A stretch of 57,744 nt of DNA from an uncultured Paracoccus sp. (GTDB taxonomy: Bacteria > Pseudomonadota > Alphaproteobacteria > Rhodobacterales > Rhodobacteraceae): NCBI RefSeq assembly GCF_946221145.1, contig NZ_CAMIOH010000001.1:1-57744 (forward strand), written 5' to 3'. Made by a program: the position numbers and the translations under genes. Positions 56,705-57,744 of the stretch are shown here, piece after piece. Position 1 is the first letter of the stretch; each line of letters begins with the position of its first letter. The notes beneath the pieces were generated by a model. The model saw only the letters and a program-made list of their open reading frames with translations, was not told the origin of the DNA and ran no database searches.

Positions 56705-57744
56705 TCATTCCACCGTGACCGATTTCGCCAGGTTGCGGGGCTGGTCCACGTCGGTGCCCTTGGCGACCGCGGTGTGATAGGCCAGATACTGCATCGGGAT
56801 CGCATAAAGGATCGGCTGGAACACCCCGCCGCCGGACGGCATCCGCAGGCTGGCCTGCACGCCACGGCTGGCGACGGACAGCCCGTCCTGATCCGACACC
56901 AGCAGGATCGGGCCATGGCGGGCCATGACCTCTTGCATGTTGGACACGGTCTTTTCGAACAGCGCGTCATGCGGCGCCAGCACGATCACCGGCACGTCGC
57001 GGTCGATCAGCGCGATCGGCCCATGCTTCAATTCGCCCGACGCATAGCCTTCGGCATGGATATAGCTCAGCTCCTTGAGCTTCAGCGCCCCTTCCAGGGC
57101 GACCGGATACAGCGCGCCGCGCCCCAGAAACAGCACGTCGCGGGCCTGCGACAGCCATTCCGACAGCGTCCGGCAGGCATCCGACAGGTTCAGTGCCTGC
57201 TGCATCAGCGCCGGGATGGATCGCAGGTCGGTCAGATGCGCGGCCAGCCCTGCATCGTCGATCCGGCCCCGGTCATGGGCGGCCTTCAGCGCCAGGATCG
57301 CCAGAACCGTCAACTGGCAGGTGAAGGCCTTGCTGGATGCCACGCTGACCTCGATCCCGGCCAGCGTCGGCAGGGCAACGTCGGCATCCCGCGCAATGGC
57401 CGAGGTGCCGACATTGACCAGCCCGACCGTGCGCGCGACATGATCCCTGGCATAGTGCAGCGCGGCCAGTGTGTCCGCGGTCTCGCCCGACTGGCTGACG
57501 GCGATGAACCAGCTGTCGGGTGACAGGGGCGGCTCGCGATAGCGGAATTCGGACGCCACGTCGATGTCGCAGGGCAGGCCCGCAAGCTGTTCGAACCAGT
57601 ATTTCGCCACATGGCCCGCCAGATGGGCCGTGCCGCAGCCGACCAGGCTGACGCGGTCCACATTCTGGAAATCCATTCCATCCGGCAGAACGATCCGGTC
57701 GCCCTTGACGTAATGGTTCAGCACATCGCCGATCACCACCGGCT
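56705..57744 (-). CDS. glmS: Glutamine-fructose-6-phosphate transaminase, 3' part
   Basis: ASEFRYRE, SQSGETADT, EGALKLKELSYIHAEGY, PRNLAKSVTVE. Confidence 0.96.
   Translation of the reverse strand, partial: PVVIGDVLNHYVKGDRIVLPDGMDFQNVDRVSLVGCGTAHLAGHVAKYWFEQLAGLPCDIDVASEFRYREPPLSPDSWFIAVSQSGETADTLAALHYARDHVARTVGLVNVGTSAIARDADVALPTLAGIEVSVASSKAFTCQLTVLAILALKAAHDRGRIDDAGLAAHLTDLRSIPALMQQALNLSDACRTLSEWLSQARDVLFLGRGALYPVALEGALKLKELSYIHAEGYASGELKHGPIALIDRDVPVIVLAPHDALFEKTVSNMQEVMARHGPILLVSDQDGLSVASRGVQASLRMPSGGGVFQPILYAIPMQYLAYHTAVAKGTDVDQPRNLAKSVTVE

Overview
High-GC alphaproteobacterial DNA; gene content and order look Rhodobacteraceae/Paracoccus-like (inference). About 1.0-28.7 kb is an accessory region: a pile of IS3 and gene fragments, a lower-GC imuA-imuB-dnaE2 cassette with a LexA box, an Fe3+ ABC transporter with an IscR/Iron-Rhodo-like box, and a ~16 kb organosulfur-scavenging island. 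The island holds two sulfonate-type ABC systems, three flavin monooxygenases, an MFS transporter, an aldo-keto reductase, an NfsA-type reductase, YeeE with a periplasmic rhodanese, and a LysR. Its proteins are strongly depleted in Cys/Met, two of its operons share an 18/22-identical operator-like motif, and a 56-aa Cys/Met-rich ORF (Cx3Cx2C) absent from the ORF track sits between the LysR and one operon. This is the best candidate for an undescribed system. From 28.7 kb the window is mostly core genome: nrdJ (NrdR and DnaA boxes), ygfA, mgtE, hisN, an XRE regulator, qor, yccA, a truncated AHL-lactonase, corC-like and terC (structured leader), an AGE epimerase, phoD-like, tatABC, a PepSY/RR/HK system divergent from an RTX protein, a hybrid kinase, FMN riboswitch-ribH2 and partial glmS. 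No rRNA, tRNA or CRISPR was seen. All calls come from motif recognition by eye; no searches were run.
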